Assembly (NCBI GenBank): GCA_964454205.1
Contig: CAYVSV010000001.1
Location: 33,924-97,923 of the forward strand
DNA: 64,000 nt
Source of the DNA: an uncultured Ruminococcus sp.
Lineage (GTDB): Bacteria > Bacillota > Clostridia > Oscillospirales > Ruminococcaceae
Direction of reading: 5' to 3'
This document shows positions 46,742 through 56,507 of this stretch, in pieces. Under the pieces are notes generated by a model that worked only from the letters and a program-made list of their open reading frames with translations, searched no databases and was not told where the DNA came from. Made by a program: the position numbers and the translations under genes. Position 1 is the stretch's first letter. Every line of letters starts with the position of its first letter.

Positions 46742-47344
46742 ATGTCAACGCGAGATGAACAAAAGGAACAGCGCAGGCAGCTTATAATGGATACGGCGCT
46801 GGAGCTGTTCGCGAAAAAAGGATACGCCGACACAAAGATCGGCGATATAGCAAAAGCGGCGGATATGAGCGTGGGGCTGATGTTCCACTATTTCGAGTCT
46901 AAGGAGAAGCTGCTTGAGGAGCTTGTCCGCTACGGCGCGGAGGCAACAAACACCCCGTGCGAGCTGAACTTTGAAAACCCGCTGGATTACTTCGAGGGCT
47001 TTCTGAAAATATTGTTCCAATACGCAAGAGAGGTGCCGCGCGTGCTGTATCTGTTTATGATGATATCTCAGATACGGCGCGGCGAGGGAATACCGCCGCA
47101 TATCAAGGAGATCGCTATGAGCGTGGATCAGATCGAACAGTCGGCGGAGGTGATAGCGGCAGGGCAGCAGTACGGATATTTCCGCGAGGGAGATCCGTAT
47201 TTGCTTTCGTTCACATTCTGGAGCAGCGTTCAGGGTATTATGGAGCAGCTTGCGTCGGCACCGGAAATTCTGGAACGCGGCGATCTGCCCGAAACGGATT
47301 GGATAATGGATATAATAAGGGGGAAGAAAAATGATAAGTCTTGA
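46742..47344 (+). CDS. TetR/AcrR family regulator
   Basis: ALELFAKKGY..TKIGDIAKAADMSVGLMFHYFESKE HTH. Confidence 0.95.
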   Translation: MSTRDEQKEQRRQLIMDTALELFAKKGYADTKIGDIAKAADMSVGLMFHYFESKEKLLEELVRYGAEATNTPCELNFENPLDYFEGFLKILFQYAREVPRVLYLFMMISQIRRGEGIPPHIKEIAMSVDQIEQSAEVIAAGQQYGYFREGDPYLLSFTFWSSVQGIMEQLASAPEILERGDLPETDWIMDIIRGKKNDKS

Positions 47345-48023
47345 GAACGTCCGCAAGACATACGGCACGAAGAACAACAGCTCCGAGATATTGAAGGGCA
47401 TTTCTTTGGATATCGGCGACGGCGATTTCGCGGTGATTCTCGGACCGTCGGGTTCCGGAAAATCCACACTGTTGAATGTGGCGTCCGGTCTGGAGCGTCC
47501 GGACAGCGGAGATGTTTTATATAACGGGGAGAATATCGCGCGGTTCTCCGATAAACAGCTTACGGAGTTCCGCAGGAAAAACATCGGCTTTATTTTTCAG
47601 CAATATTATCTTCTGCCAAATCTCAACGTGGATAAAAACGTAAGAATGGGCGCGGAGCTTTCGCACAACAAAGATTACGCCGAGATAATAAACGCGCTCG
47701 GTCTGTCCGAAAAGCGAGGAAGCTATCCGCACGAGCTAAGCGGCGGCGAGCAGCAGCGCGTCTCCGCGGCGAGGGCGCTGGCGAAAAAGCCCGCCGTTCT
47801 GTTCCTTGACGAGCCTACCGGCGCGCTTGACGAGGAGACGGGAAGGCTGGTTCTTGATCATATCGGAAAGCTTCAGCGGGAGCTTGGGTTCACGATAATT
47901 ATGGTAACTCACAACGCGAATATCGCCGAAATGGCGAAAACGGTGATACGCATGAACAGCGGCAGGATAGTCGAGCAATACCGCAATCAAACACAGAAAA
48001 CCGCGTATGAGATAGGGTGGTAA
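47331..48023 (+). CDS. ABC transporter ATP-binding protein
   Basis: [18 protein letters not shown] and LDEPTGALD motifs. Confidence 0.95.
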   Translation: MISLENVRKTYGTKNNSSEILKGISLDIGDGDFAVILGPSGSGKSTLLNVASGLERPDSGDVLYNGENIARFSDKQLTEFRRKNIGFIFQQYYLLPNLNVDKNVRMGAELSHNKDYAEIINALGLSEKRGSYPHELSGGEQQRVSAARALAKKPAVLFLDEPTGALDEETGRLVLDHIGKLQRELGFTIIMVTHNANIAEMAKTVIRMNSGRIVEQYRNQTQKTAYEIGW

Positions 48024-49165
48024 ATATGGTAATCGGGATAAAGGACGTTTTTAAGCTGATCGGAATGATCATTATTTCCGCGTGCGCGGTTTTTGTGTGT
48101 ACGCTGTTTTTGAACTACAACATCGACCTGCGCGGCATTGAGAGCGATATCCTCCCGCAGAGCCGCCCGCTGTTTGACGCGCTTGTTATAATGGGAAAAG
48201 TGGTAAGCGCGGTGAGCGGCGGCTGTCTGCTTTTGACTTCTGTCGTTATGCTTTGCTTTTACATCAAGCACTATATAGATTCACACCGGCAAGAGCTTGG
48301 GATCTTGAAGGCTCTCGGTTATTCAAATTTCCGTACAGCCCGAGGGTTTTGGGTGTTCGGGCTGAGCGTGCTTATCGGCACGGCGATAGGCTTTGCGGGA
48401 GCGCACTGCCTTATGCCGAAATTCTATTCCGTTCAGAACGCGGAAGGTCTGCTGCCGGAGTTCGCGCCGCGGTTTCATACGGAGCTTTTGCTGTTTCTCG
48501 TGATCCTTCCGGCTGCGGCTTTCGCGCTGCTGTCCGTGGGTTACAGCCTGATAAAGCTCAGGACGCCAGTCCTCGAGCTGCTAAAGGGAAAAAGCGCGGC
48601 GAATATCAAGACCGTAAAGGGCGGCGAAAAGCCGACGTTCTTAGGGGAAATGAGGAGCGTGACTGTAAGGAGCAGAAGGTCGCTGGTGTTCTTCATCGGC
48701 TTCGCGGCGTTCTGCTATTCCGCGATGGTGCAGATGTCGCTGGGTGTGGATAAGCTCGCAAGCGAAATGATGGCTCTTATGACGCTTATGATCGGCATAA
48801 TATTGGCGTTTGTGACGCTGTTTATCGCGGTTTCGGCAATCGTCCGCTCCAACGCGAAGAGCGTTTCGATAATGCGTGTTTTCGGATATTCGGGAAGGGA
48901 ATGCTCGCAGGCGGTGTTAAACGGTTACCGCCCCGCCGCCGTTATCGGATTTGCCGTTGGTGCGGCGTATCAGTATCTTCTTTTGAAAATCGCGGTGGAG
49001 GTAATGTTCAGGGACGTTGAAAACGTTCCCGAATTCGACTTCAATTTCCGCGCGCTGATCATAACGGCGGTGTCGTTCGCAGTTGTGTATGAGGCGGTGA
49101 TGCGCGCGTGCTCGCACAAGCTCGGAAGGCTGTCGATTAAGCAAATAATGCTTGACGCGGAATAG
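48017..49165 (+). CDS. Compact FtsX-type ABC permease
   Basis: Two FtsX repeats (ELGILKALGYS; SVSIMRVFGYS) with almost no extracellular domain. Confidence 0.85.
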   Translation: MVNMVIGIKDVFKLIGMIIISACAVFVCTLFLNYNIDLRGIESDILPQSRPLFDALVIMGKVVSAVSGGCLLLTSVVMLCFYIKHYIDSHRQELGILKALGYSNFRTARGFWVFGLSVLIGTAIGFAGAHCLMPKFYSVQNAEGLLPEFAPRFHTELLLFLVILPAAAFALLSVGYSLIKLRTPVLELLKGKSAANIKTVKGGEKPTFLGEMRSVTVRSRRSLVFFIGFAAFCYSAMVQMSLGVDKLASEMMALMTLMIGIILAFVTLFIAVSAIVRSNAKSVSIMRVFGYSGRECSQAVLNGYRPAAVIGFAVGAAYQYLLLKIAVEVMFRDVENVPEFDFNFRALIITAVSFAVVYEAVMRACSHKLGRLSIKQIMLDAE

Positions 49166-49181
49166 TATTGACATCTGACAA

Positions 49182-49256
49182 AAACCGCTTCCCTTAATGT
49201 GGTAGCAATATAGAAGTTTTCTAAATCGTTACAGACAAACGGCGGGATATGCACAA
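49182..49256 (+). repeat. 75-bp direct repeat, copy 2
   Basis: See copy 1 at 46440-46514. Confidence 0.85.
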
Positions 49257-49261
49257 TAATT

Positions 49262-49300
49262 AAAGAAGCGGGAGAGCATATAGCTTTCCCGCTTCTTTTG
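49262..49300. terminator. Intrinsic terminator
   Basis: AAAGAAGCGGGAGAGC-ATATA-GCTTTCCCGCTTCTTTT. Confidence 0.8.
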
Positions 49301-49563
49301 TGTTATAAATACTACGGCTTATTTACCGCAATTATGCAGCAGCTTATACCCACTCCTTTATGGCAGCTTTATTTGTTTTGAAGGAGCTTAATTTTAGGGT
49401 ATATGCAATTTCTGTTTTTTGTGTTATAATATAGATCGGCGAAAGTGTGCTATACCGCACAATTCTCCAACCTAAAAAAATCTCATGAAAACTGTAAGAT
49501 TTTCATTTTTTCTGCGCATAGATAGATGAATCAAGCTTGATGACGAAATCGGGAGGTGGTACG

Positions 49564-50109
49564 GTGAGAGACGCCGAATTGTTGGAGCAGTTGCAAAAAA
49601 ATCCGGAAAAGGGCTTAAAGGCTCTTATATCGCAATACGGCGGACTGGTTTACACCGTGGTGCGGAGAAATCTTCCCGAAGCGCTTTGTACCGCAGACGC
49701 CGAAGCATGCGCCGCGGAGGTTTTCAGTGATTTTTACTTTGATCTAAACAAATACGACCCTTCCAAGGGAAGCATAAAAGCATGGCTATGCGTTATCGCA
49801 CGGCATAACGCCATTGATCTTGCGCGGCGGAACATAGAGGTTTTGCCGTTAGACGAGGAAATACGCGCGGATATCGGCGGAATCTCTTTGGAAAGCGATC
49901 TGGAAGAACGCGAGCTGCGCCGTGCGGTATTATCCGAGGTAAAATCACTGAACGAACCCGATCGTGAGATACTGCTGCGGAAATTTTACTTGGGCGAATC
50001 CTCGAAGGAAATCGCCGCGCGGCTGAAAATGTCCGTTTCAAACGTTGACACAAGAACCGGCCGTGCTGTGGAGAAGCTTCGGAAGAAACTTGATGATTGG
50101 AGGAAATAA
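49564..50109 (+). CDS. ECF sigma factor
   Basis: DAEAC.AEVF, KGSIKAWLCVIARH.AID; region 4 REILLRKFY..ESSKEIA; GGAGGT RBS ahead of GTG 49564. Confidence 0.93.
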   Translation: MRDAELLEQLQKNPEKGLKALISQYGGLVYTVVRRNLPEALCTADAEACAAEVFSDFYFDLNKYDPSKGSIKAWLCVIARHNAIDLARRNIEVLPLDEEIRADIGGISLESDLEERELRRAVLSEVKSLNEPDREILLRKFYLGESSKEIAARLKMSVSNVDTRTGRAVEKLRKKLDDWRK

Positions 50110-50111
50110 CG

Positions 50112-51650
50112 ATGAAATATACGTTGGAGAACTTTTTTGAAGATCTTAATCCGAATGAGCTTGACGAAATTATGCCCAGCAATTTTGATGCGAAGCTGCC
50201 GAAAAGGGCTTTAAAGCGCATTGAAAAAAAAGTTCTGCAAAACTCGGGAATTAAAAATAACAGGCGGCGTTTTATGCTTAAGATACTCGCGCCCGTCGCG
50301 GCTTGTCTGGTATTAACGGCATGTATCGGCGGATATGCGATAGCTGCCGAAGCCAAGGAATACAACGCCGCCGTGGACTTTTTCGAGCAAAACGGACTAT
50401 CCGCCGAGGGACTTAGCCGTGAGGATCTGAAGGCTGTTTATCGCGATATTACAACAAACCGCTTTACAAATGACAAAACCGTCGAGGTTATTAGACGTTC
50501 CGTTCCGGGTGTGGAAATTCTTCAGCACGAGCCTACTCCCGAGGAATTATCGGATTTGTGGAACAGCAATATCAATGCTTGGAGCGGTTCGCATACGCAC
50601 AATGCAGTGGAATACAACTGGGATTACAAATATAAGTCCGACACGATGTACAATTTGGACTTGGAAAAAATTACAGTTGAATGTTTGCACAATGGCGAAG
50701 CGCTCTGGAAAACGGAATTCCTTTCTCCAAATAAAAAGATGGGGGATTCTTTCGATGTCGAGTGCTGCGTTATGACTTCCGAAGGTACAGTCGTTGAGGG
50801 ACAAAGAACCGATTGGACCGGTCTATACGAACACTTCACCTATGGTTGGTTTGCACTGATCGACAACAGCGGAAACAAAATGTGTGAGCGAGAATTGAAA
50901 CACGGCTTTAATTACGAATATATCGGAGCGGTGCTTGACAACGGTGACGGCACTTTAGCGGTGATAAGCTACGGCGATTATGAATATCTGTGCCTGAGCC
51001 AATATGACGCGAACGGCAACGAACTGAGCTTCACCAAAACGCAATTCAGTCACATATCCGACATTTTGAACGCCGCACGGTTGGGTGACGGTTATCTTGT
51101 ACAGCTTGCGGGCACCGACGAAGATGACGGGCGCGCTCACCTTGCCAAGCTTGACAGAGCGGGGAACGTCACCGATAACTTTGTTTACAAGAGCGAGGAA
51201 TGCGACTATTACATCACGGATATGGCGGAATTTGAAGGAAATGTGTATCTTTCCGCGTATGCTGTGCCGAAGCAGACCGACGAAGGCGGAAGACATGAGA
51301 TCGCCGACATTCTGGACTATGTGTTTAACGGGGAAAATTGGGAGATCTCAAGCGAGGAACTGACTCCCATAGTACGTGATAATTACACGGCGGTACTGCT
51401 TTTGTGCGACCCCAACGGAGGAGCGCCAAAGAATTTCTATTCCGTAAAGGGTTCGCTTGGCAGCACTCTTGCCGTTGAGGACGAGCAACTCAAATGGGAC
51501 GTGGAAAGCATTACTTCGACATTCTTTTCACCCGCTACAAGTATGTTCTCCATAGGCGGAAATTGCCTTGTTTATCGGTATTCATTTGATGAATCGGGCG
51601 CTATTATAGGGTACGAGGATACGGGAGAAATTACGCATTATGCAAGATGA
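50112..51650 (+). CDS. Probable anti-sigma factor (single TM, large beta-rich extracellular domain)
   Basis: Directly follows the ECF sigma gene; basic patch then TM segment PVAACLVL; AT-richer codon usage. Confidence 0.75.
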   Translation: MKYTLENFFEDLNPNELDEIMPSNFDAKLPKRALKRIEKKVLQNSGIKNNRRRFMLKILAPVAACLVLTACIGGYAIAAEAKEYNAAVDFFEQNGLSAEGLSREDLKAVYRDITTNRFTNDKTVEVIRRSVPGVEILQHEPTPEELSDLWNSNINAWSGSHTHNAVEYNWDYKYKSDTMYNLDLEKITVECLHNGEALWKTEFLSPNKKMGDSFDVECCVMTSEGTVVEGQRTDWTGLYEHFTYGWFALIDNSGNKMCERELKHGFNYEYIGAVLDNGDGTLAVISYGDYEYLCLSQYDANGNELSFTKTQFSHISDILNAARLGDGYLVQLAGTDEDDGRAHLAKLDRAGNVTDNFVYKSEECDYYITDMAEFEGNVYLSAYAVPKQTDEGGRHEIADILDYVFNGENWEISSEELTPIVRDNYTAVLLLCDPNGGAPKNFYSVKGSLGSTLAVEDEQLKWDVESITSTFFSPATSMFSIGGNCLVYRYSFDESGAIIGYEDTGEITHYAR

Positions 51651-51837
51651 GCATGTATATTCTTTATCAACATTCGTGCAGTGGAATTTCTCACATACCC
51701 ATGCTTGGCGGCGGATTTTACGGTTATTTTCCATAGCTTGCTAAGCGGGCATAGGGAACGGCGCGTCGAGATATACTTTAGGTTAAACGCAGCGAGCGCT
51801 TCGGCTGCGCTTAATCATGGAAATCAGGATAAAAAGG

Positions 51838-51870
51838 AAAAGGCTGCGTAGGGTTTCTACGCAGCCTTTT
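51838..51870. terminator. Bidirectional intrinsic terminator
   Basis: AAAAGGCTGCGTAG-GGTTT-CTACGCAGCCTTTT between convergent genes. Confidence 0.85.
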
Positions 51871-51927
51871 CAAAAACAACGGAATACTTCTATACCGCAT
51901 CCCCGCTTTTAGGAGGCGGTTTTCTTT

Positions 51928-52068
51928 TTATAGGTCTTGAAGATCCGCGGCGGGAATATCGTTTTCAAGATTATCCCTCGCGAGATCGGTATCAATAACG
52001 CGATAAAGTCCCGCGGGTATCGGCTTTTCAAGCTCAAACGGCACGCGGTCATTTTCGTTTTTCGACAT
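51928..52068 (-). CDS. Small acidic protein, 46 aa (below the ORF-track cutoff)
   Basis: MSKNENDRVPFELEKPIPAGLYRVIDTDLARDNLENDIPAADLQDL; RBS GAGGTGA just upstream; 40 bp after acyP on the same strand. Confidence 0.6.
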   Translation of the reverse strand: MSKNENDRVPFELEKPIPAGLYRVIDTDLARDNLENDIPAADLQDL

Positions 52069-52107
52069 AAGATCACCTCGGAAAAAGTATTCCCCGACGC
52101 GCTTTTT

Positions 52108-52380
52108 TTATGCGAGGATTTCAAAGCCGCGTTCGCTGTCAATAAGCTCCATTTCCTTGATATCCATATCGTCAATTCGGATATAACGCGCGTTGTTAAG
52201 CCGTCCGAGAAACTCATCGACTGCCGCGCGTTCTCCTTGTACCTCGCAAAGAACCGTGCCGTCAAACTCGTTTTCGACCCAGCCCGTGAGGTTCAGACTC
52301 TGCGCGGTGTGATACGCCGTGTATCGAAAACCCACGCCTTGCACTCTCCCGTAAAAGCGTATCCGAAAGCGCTTGCTCAC
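52108..52380 (-). CDS. acyP: Acylphosphatase
   Basis: GRVQGVGFR and GWVEN..DGTV..EVQG signature. Confidence 0.95.
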   Translation of the reverse strand: MSKRFRIRFYGRVQGVGFRYTAYHTAQSLNLTGWVENEFDGTVLCEVQGERAAVDEFLGRLNNARYIRIDDMDIKEMELIDSERGFEILA

Positions 52381-53585
52381 TTCAGCAGACCCTTCAGGCG
52401 CTCCATAGCTTCTTTGGTCGCCTCGTGAGTGCCGAACGCCGTCAGTCTGAACCAGCCGTCGCCGTTCTTTCCGAAGCCCGCCCCGGGAGTTCCGACAACC
52501 TGTATCTCGTTAAGGAGCTTGTCGAAGAACGTCCAGCTATCCATTCCGTTCGGGCATTTCAGCCAGATATAGGGGGAGTTCACGCCACCCGTGTACTTGA
52601 TACCGAGCTCGTCGCAGGTCGACGCGATAACTCGCGCGTTCTCCTGATAGTAGGCGATGTTCTCCTTGCACTGCTTCTGTCCCTCGGGCGAGAAAACAGC
52701 CTCCGCGCCGCGCTGAACGGGATACGAAACGCCGTTGAATTTGCTGCCCTGTCTGCGCGCCCATATATCCGCAAGCTTGACGTCATTTCCCTTGCTGTCC
52801 TTGAGAATAAGCTCGTTGGGTATTACGGTGTAGCCGCAGCGCGTTCCCGTAAAGCCCGCCGTTTTGGAAAGCGAGCAGATCTCGATAGCGCACTTTTTCG
52901 CGCCCTCTATGCAGAAAATTGAACGCGGAACGTCGTTTTCCGTGATGAACGCCTCGTATGCAGCGTCATAAATGATGACCGCGCCGTTTGCGAGAGCGTA
53001 GTCTACCCACTCTTTAAGCTGAGCCGTCCTGTAAACGGAGCCTGTGGGATTGTTCGGGGAGCAGAGGTAGATAAGATCTGCTTTCACGCTCTTGTCGGGC
53101 ATTGCCGCGAAGCCGTTCTCCTCGGTGGAATCCGCGTAGATAACATCGTTGCCGTTCATTATGTTGGAGTCCACATAAACGGGGTAAGCGGGGTCGGTGA
53201 CGAGGACGGTATTTCCGCTCCCGAATATGTCGATGATGTTACCGCAGTCGCTTTTCGCGCCGTCCGAAATGCGTATCTCGTCGGGAGCGACGTCCGCGCC
53301 GAAGCTCTTGTAGTAATCGGAAACGGCGTTTTTAAGGAAGTCGTAGCCCGCGCCCGAGTCCTCGTATCCGCGGAACGTTTCCTTAACGCCCATTTCCGCG
53401 CAAGCCTTCTGCATTGCCTCAACAACAACGGGTGCGAGCGGTCTCGTAACGTCCCCGATGCCCATTCTTATGAGACGCTTCGCTTCCTCGGGGTGAGCCT
53501 CGGAATACGCTTTTATGCGCTTCGCGATCTCGATAAACAAATAGTTTTTCTTGAGCTTTGAAAAATTCTCATTAAGCTTTACCAT
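52377..53585 (-). CDS. dapL: LL-diaminopimelate aminotransferase
   Basis: YLF.EI, GIGDVT, DGAKSD, CSPNNPTG, SLSKTAGFTGTRCG and GTPGAGFG motifs. Confidence 0.96.
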   Translation of the reverse strand: MVKLNENFSKLKKNYLFIEIAKRIKAYSEAHPEEAKRLIRMGIGDVTRPLAPVVVEAMQKACAEMGVKETFRGYEDSGAGYDFLKNAVSDYYKSFGADVAPDEIRISDGAKSDCGNIIDIFGSGNTVLVTDPAYPVYVDSNIMNGNDVIYADSTEENGFAAMPDKSVKADLIYLCSPNNPTGSVYRTAQLKEWVDYALANGAVIIYDAAYEAFITENDVPRSIFCIEGAKKCAIEICSLSKTAGFTGTRCGYTVIPNELILKDSKGNDVKLADIWARRQGSKFNGVSYPVQRGAEAVFSPEGQKQCKENIAYYQENARVIASTCDELGIKYTGGVNSPYIWLKCPNGMDSWTFFDKLLNEIQVVGTPGAGFGKNGDGWFRLTAFGTHEATKEAMERLKGLLK

Positions 53586-53646
53586 TTTGCTTCTCCTTTA
53601 AAATGTGATTGCGGGAGCTCCCGCTTTAATTCGTCCATACACTAAT

Positions 53647-53675
53647 ATTAAACCACATTTTCTGCGATTTGTCAA
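53647..53675 (-). promoter_or_regulatory. SigA promoter of dapL
   Basis: TTGACA-17 bp-TTTAAT with TG extension on the minus strand. Confidence 0.75.
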
Positions 53676-53749
53676 GGTTAATTTATGCGTTTTCGGGTAT
53701 AATATTTTCATCTGTTTGCAGGGAGAGGTAAGAGAAGTGCTTGTTTTAT

Positions 53750-53845
53750 GCAATTCCCCCGCCGGCGGCGGGGGAATTGCGGGAGCAAACAAAAGAAAAG
53801 CCCCTGTTTTACGGCGATTTTCCCCGCCGCCGGCGGGGAAATCGC
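53750..53845. repeat. Inverted pair of REP-like palindromes (doublet)
   Basis: GCAATTCCCCCGCC-GGC-GGCGGGGGAATTGC (53750-53780) and GCGATTTTCCCCGCC-GCC-GGCGGGGAAATCGC (53814-53845); the loops are reverse complements. Confidence 0.85.
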
Positions 53846-54138
53846 AGAAATAAATATGTGTTTTTAAAATTGAATTCCAACTCCCATTTAGTTTTATAGC
53901 ATAATTACATAAAAAGCAAAAAAATCCTTATGGTTTTAGTGCAATCTAACAAAATATCTCCAAAAAAAGGTTTTTTGAAGAATATTCTCTTTAAAATCTC
54001 GGAGAGATGTGGTATAATGTAGAAGTGCGAGTGTGCTTGCACGTTAAATTCGAGTTTTACAAACATACATTGTTTTGTTACATATATAAACAGAATATAA
54101 ACAATGTTCCCGTTTGAGGAACAGGGGGAAGTGCTACT

Positions 54139-55431
54139 TTGGAAAAATATGTTATCAAAGGCGGCGAGAAGCTTTCGGGGGAAGTGACAGTTAGCGGCGC
54201 TAAAAATGCCGTTGTCGCTATTTTGCCCGCGACAATCCTCTCCGATGAGCCTTGTGTTATAGAAAATATACCCAACATCAGCGACGTTACCATCACACTG
54301 CAGATCATGCAGGAAATGGGCGCGAATATCCGTATGCTGAATAAAACCACGGTCGAGATAGACCCGAGACCGCTCTGCAATATGCCTATTCCTTACGAAA
54401 AGGCTAAGCTTATGAGAGCCACCACCTACTTTTTGGGAACTCTCCTCGGAAGATTTCATTCGGCGCGAGTTTCGATGCCCGGAGGGTGCAATCTCGGCGA
54501 CCGTCCGATAGATCAGCATCTGAAATGCTTCTCCGCGCTCGGAGCGGAGTGCGAGATAGACGGAGGAATGATAAATCTCCGCGCGGAGAGACTTGTCGGT
54601 AATCAGATATTCTTCGACAAGAATTCCGTGGGCGCGACTATCAATGGGATAATGGCAGCGGTAAAAGCCGAGGGTCTCACAATAATCGAAAACGCCGCGA
54701 AAGAGCCGCACGTTGTCGATCTCGCGAACTGCCTGAACTCTATGGGTGCGGATATAATCGGCGCGGGCACGGACGTTATCAAAATACGCGGCGTGAGGGA
54801 GCTCCACGGAACGAGTTACAGCGTAATTCCCGACCAGATAGAGGCGGGGACGCTTATGGCGGCAACAGCCGCGACGCGCGGAAACGTCCTTATAAAGAAC
54901 GTTATCCCCAAGCACCTCGAGCCTATCACGAACAAGTTCCTTAAAATAGGCGTTCAAGTGGAGCAGTATGATGATTCCATACGAGTTATAGGCGGCGACA
55001 ATTATGTCGGCACTTCTATAAAAACGCATCCGCACCCGGGCTTCCCGACGGATATGCAGCCGCAGATGAGCGCCGTGCTGACCTGCGCTAAGGGCGCTTC
55101 CATGGTAACGGAGAGCATTTTCGACAATCGTTTCCGTTATGTAGACGAGCTCCGCAGAATGGGCGCGAACATTTCCGTTGAGGGCAGAGTTGCGGTAATA
55201 GAGGGTGTGGAGCGTCTGAAGGGCGCGCCTGTAAGATCGACGGATCTCAGAGCAGGCGCGGCGCTTATCGTTGCGGCGCTCGGCGCGGAGGGCACTTCCG
55301 AGATATACGACATCTTCCATGTTGAACGCGGCTATGAGAATATGGAGATAAAGCTCCGCAACATCGGCGCAAACATAGTAAAGGCAGACGAGCCGGAACC
55401 CGCGAGCGACGCGGCGAAAAAGGTCGTTTGA
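54139..55431 (+). CDS. murA: UDP-N-acetylglucosamine 1-carboxyvinyltransferase
   Basis: SGAKNA, PGGCNLGDRPIDQH (active Cys present), SVGATIN, PGFPTDMQ and DLRAGAAL motifs. Confidence 0.97.
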   Translation: MEKYVIKGGEKLSGEVTVSGAKNAVVAILPATILSDEPCVIENIPNISDVTITLQIMQEMGANIRMLNKTTVEIDPRPLCNMPIPYEKAKLMRATTYFLGTLLGRFHSARVSMPGGCNLGDRPIDQHLKCFSALGAECEIDGGMINLRAERLVGNQIFFDKNSVGATINGIMAAVKAEGLTIIENAAKEPHVVDLANCLNSMGADIIGAGTDVIKIRGVRELHGTSYSVIPDQIEAGTLMAATAATRGNVLIKNVIPKHLEPITNKFLKIGVQVEQYDDSIRVIGGDNYVGTSIKTHPHPGFPTDMQPQMSAVLTCAKGASMVTESIFDNRFRYVDELRRMGANISVEGRVAVIEGVERLKGAPVRSTDLRAGAALIVAALGAEGTSEIYDIFHVERGYENMEIKLRNIGANIVKADEPEPASDAAKKVV

Positions 55432-55605
55432 CGGATCCGCTGTATTATATTGACCTCCCCCGTATCCCGCGGGGGAATAGTTGTACATTGATTTACGCGG
55501 AGGCTTTCGCGCAAAGTTTAATTGTCCTGAATTCGGAGCATTTAAACCTCTCGTGAATTCGCGTTTTAAATGTCCTGTTTTCGGGATAATAAGGAAGGAA
55601 ACACA

Positions 55606-56394
55606 ATGGCAAGGATATATCCGATATGCTCCTCAAGTATGGGGAATTCAACGTTTATAGGCACTCGCGGACACGGGATACTGGTGGACGCGGGGTGCTC
55701 TTTCCGCGCTCTCACAAACGCGCTCGACCTCATTGACACGAAAGCGGAAAACATCGAGGCGATCTTTATCACGCACGAGCACATTGACCATGTGAAGGCT
55801 TTGGAGCAAATAATAAAGCATACGAAAATACCGATATTCGCCCCCGAGCTTTCCGCCGCGCAAATGAAGAACGACGGCAGAATTCCGAGAGAAGCGGAGA
55901 TATTCGACGCGCGCGAGGGCTACAAAAGCGCCGCCTTCGAGGTGCGCTGCTTTAAGACCTCGCACGACAGCGCGGACAGCGTTGGTTACAGGATCGTCTA
56001 CAACAAGGAGCTTTTCGGGGTCTGCACAGACACGGGCTTTGTGACCGACGAGACGAAAAAGGCGCTCAAGGGCTGTACCACGGTACTTATCGAAAGCAAT
56101 TATGACGAAACTATGCTGCGGAAAAATCCGAATTATTCCGCGCTTTTAAAGCGTAGGATCATGAGCGACGGCGGACATTTATCCAACGACGACTGCGCGG
56201 AGTTCTGTGAAACGCTTGTGCGCGGCGGAACGCGCCGCCTGATACTCGGGCATTTGTCGCAGGAAAACAACACCCCCGCGACGGCAAAAAACCGCGTTAA
56301 AAGTCAACTCGAACAGCGCGGTTTTTTTGAGGAAAAGGATTTCACGCTCGATGTTGCGCCCGTTATGACCGGCGGAGAATACATAGCCGTTTAG
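55606..56394 (+). CDS. walJ: MBL-fold hydrolase, YycJ/WalJ family
   Basis: SSSMGNS, THEHIDH, SHDS, TDTG, ESNYD, GHLSN and HLSQENNTP motifs; follows murA. Confidence 0.8.
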   Translation: MARIYPICSSSMGNSTFIGTRGHGILVDAGCSFRALTNALDLIDTKAENIEAIFITHEHIDHVKALEQIIKHTKIPIFAPELSAAQMKNDGRIPREAEIFDAREGYKSAAFEVRCFKTSHDSADSVGYRIVYNKELFGVCTDTGFVTDETKKALKGCTTVLIESNYDETMLRKNPNYSALLKRRIMSDGGHLSNDDCAEFCETLVRGGTRRLILGHLSQENNTPATAKNRVKSQLEQRGFFEEKDFTLDVAPVMTGGEYIAV

Positions 56395-56417
56395 AGGTTA
56401 GAGGCAAGAAGCAAGAA

Positions 56418-56487
56418 ATTTTCTCGCCGAGAGCGGGGAAAATAATAGAATTTAAGGCGAATTTCCCCGCCGGAGGCGGGGAAATTC
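56418..56487. repeat. Pair of REP-like palindromes (doublet)
   Basis: ATTTTCTCGCC-GAG-AGCGGGGAAAAT (56418-56443) and GAATTTCCCCGCC-GGA-GGCGGGGAAATTC (56459-56487). Confidence 0.85.
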
Positions 56488-56507
56488 CCCAAAATAAGAG
56501 GTTTTCT

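Noticed and set aside
49493-49520. Autoregulatory ECF promoter TGTAAG-16-CGCAT
   Set aside because: Plausible, but too degenerate to call without knowing the ECF group consensus.
51681-51851. 56-codon GTG ORF after the anti-sigma gene
   Set aside because: No RBS, it runs into the terminator, and it has no recognisable motif.
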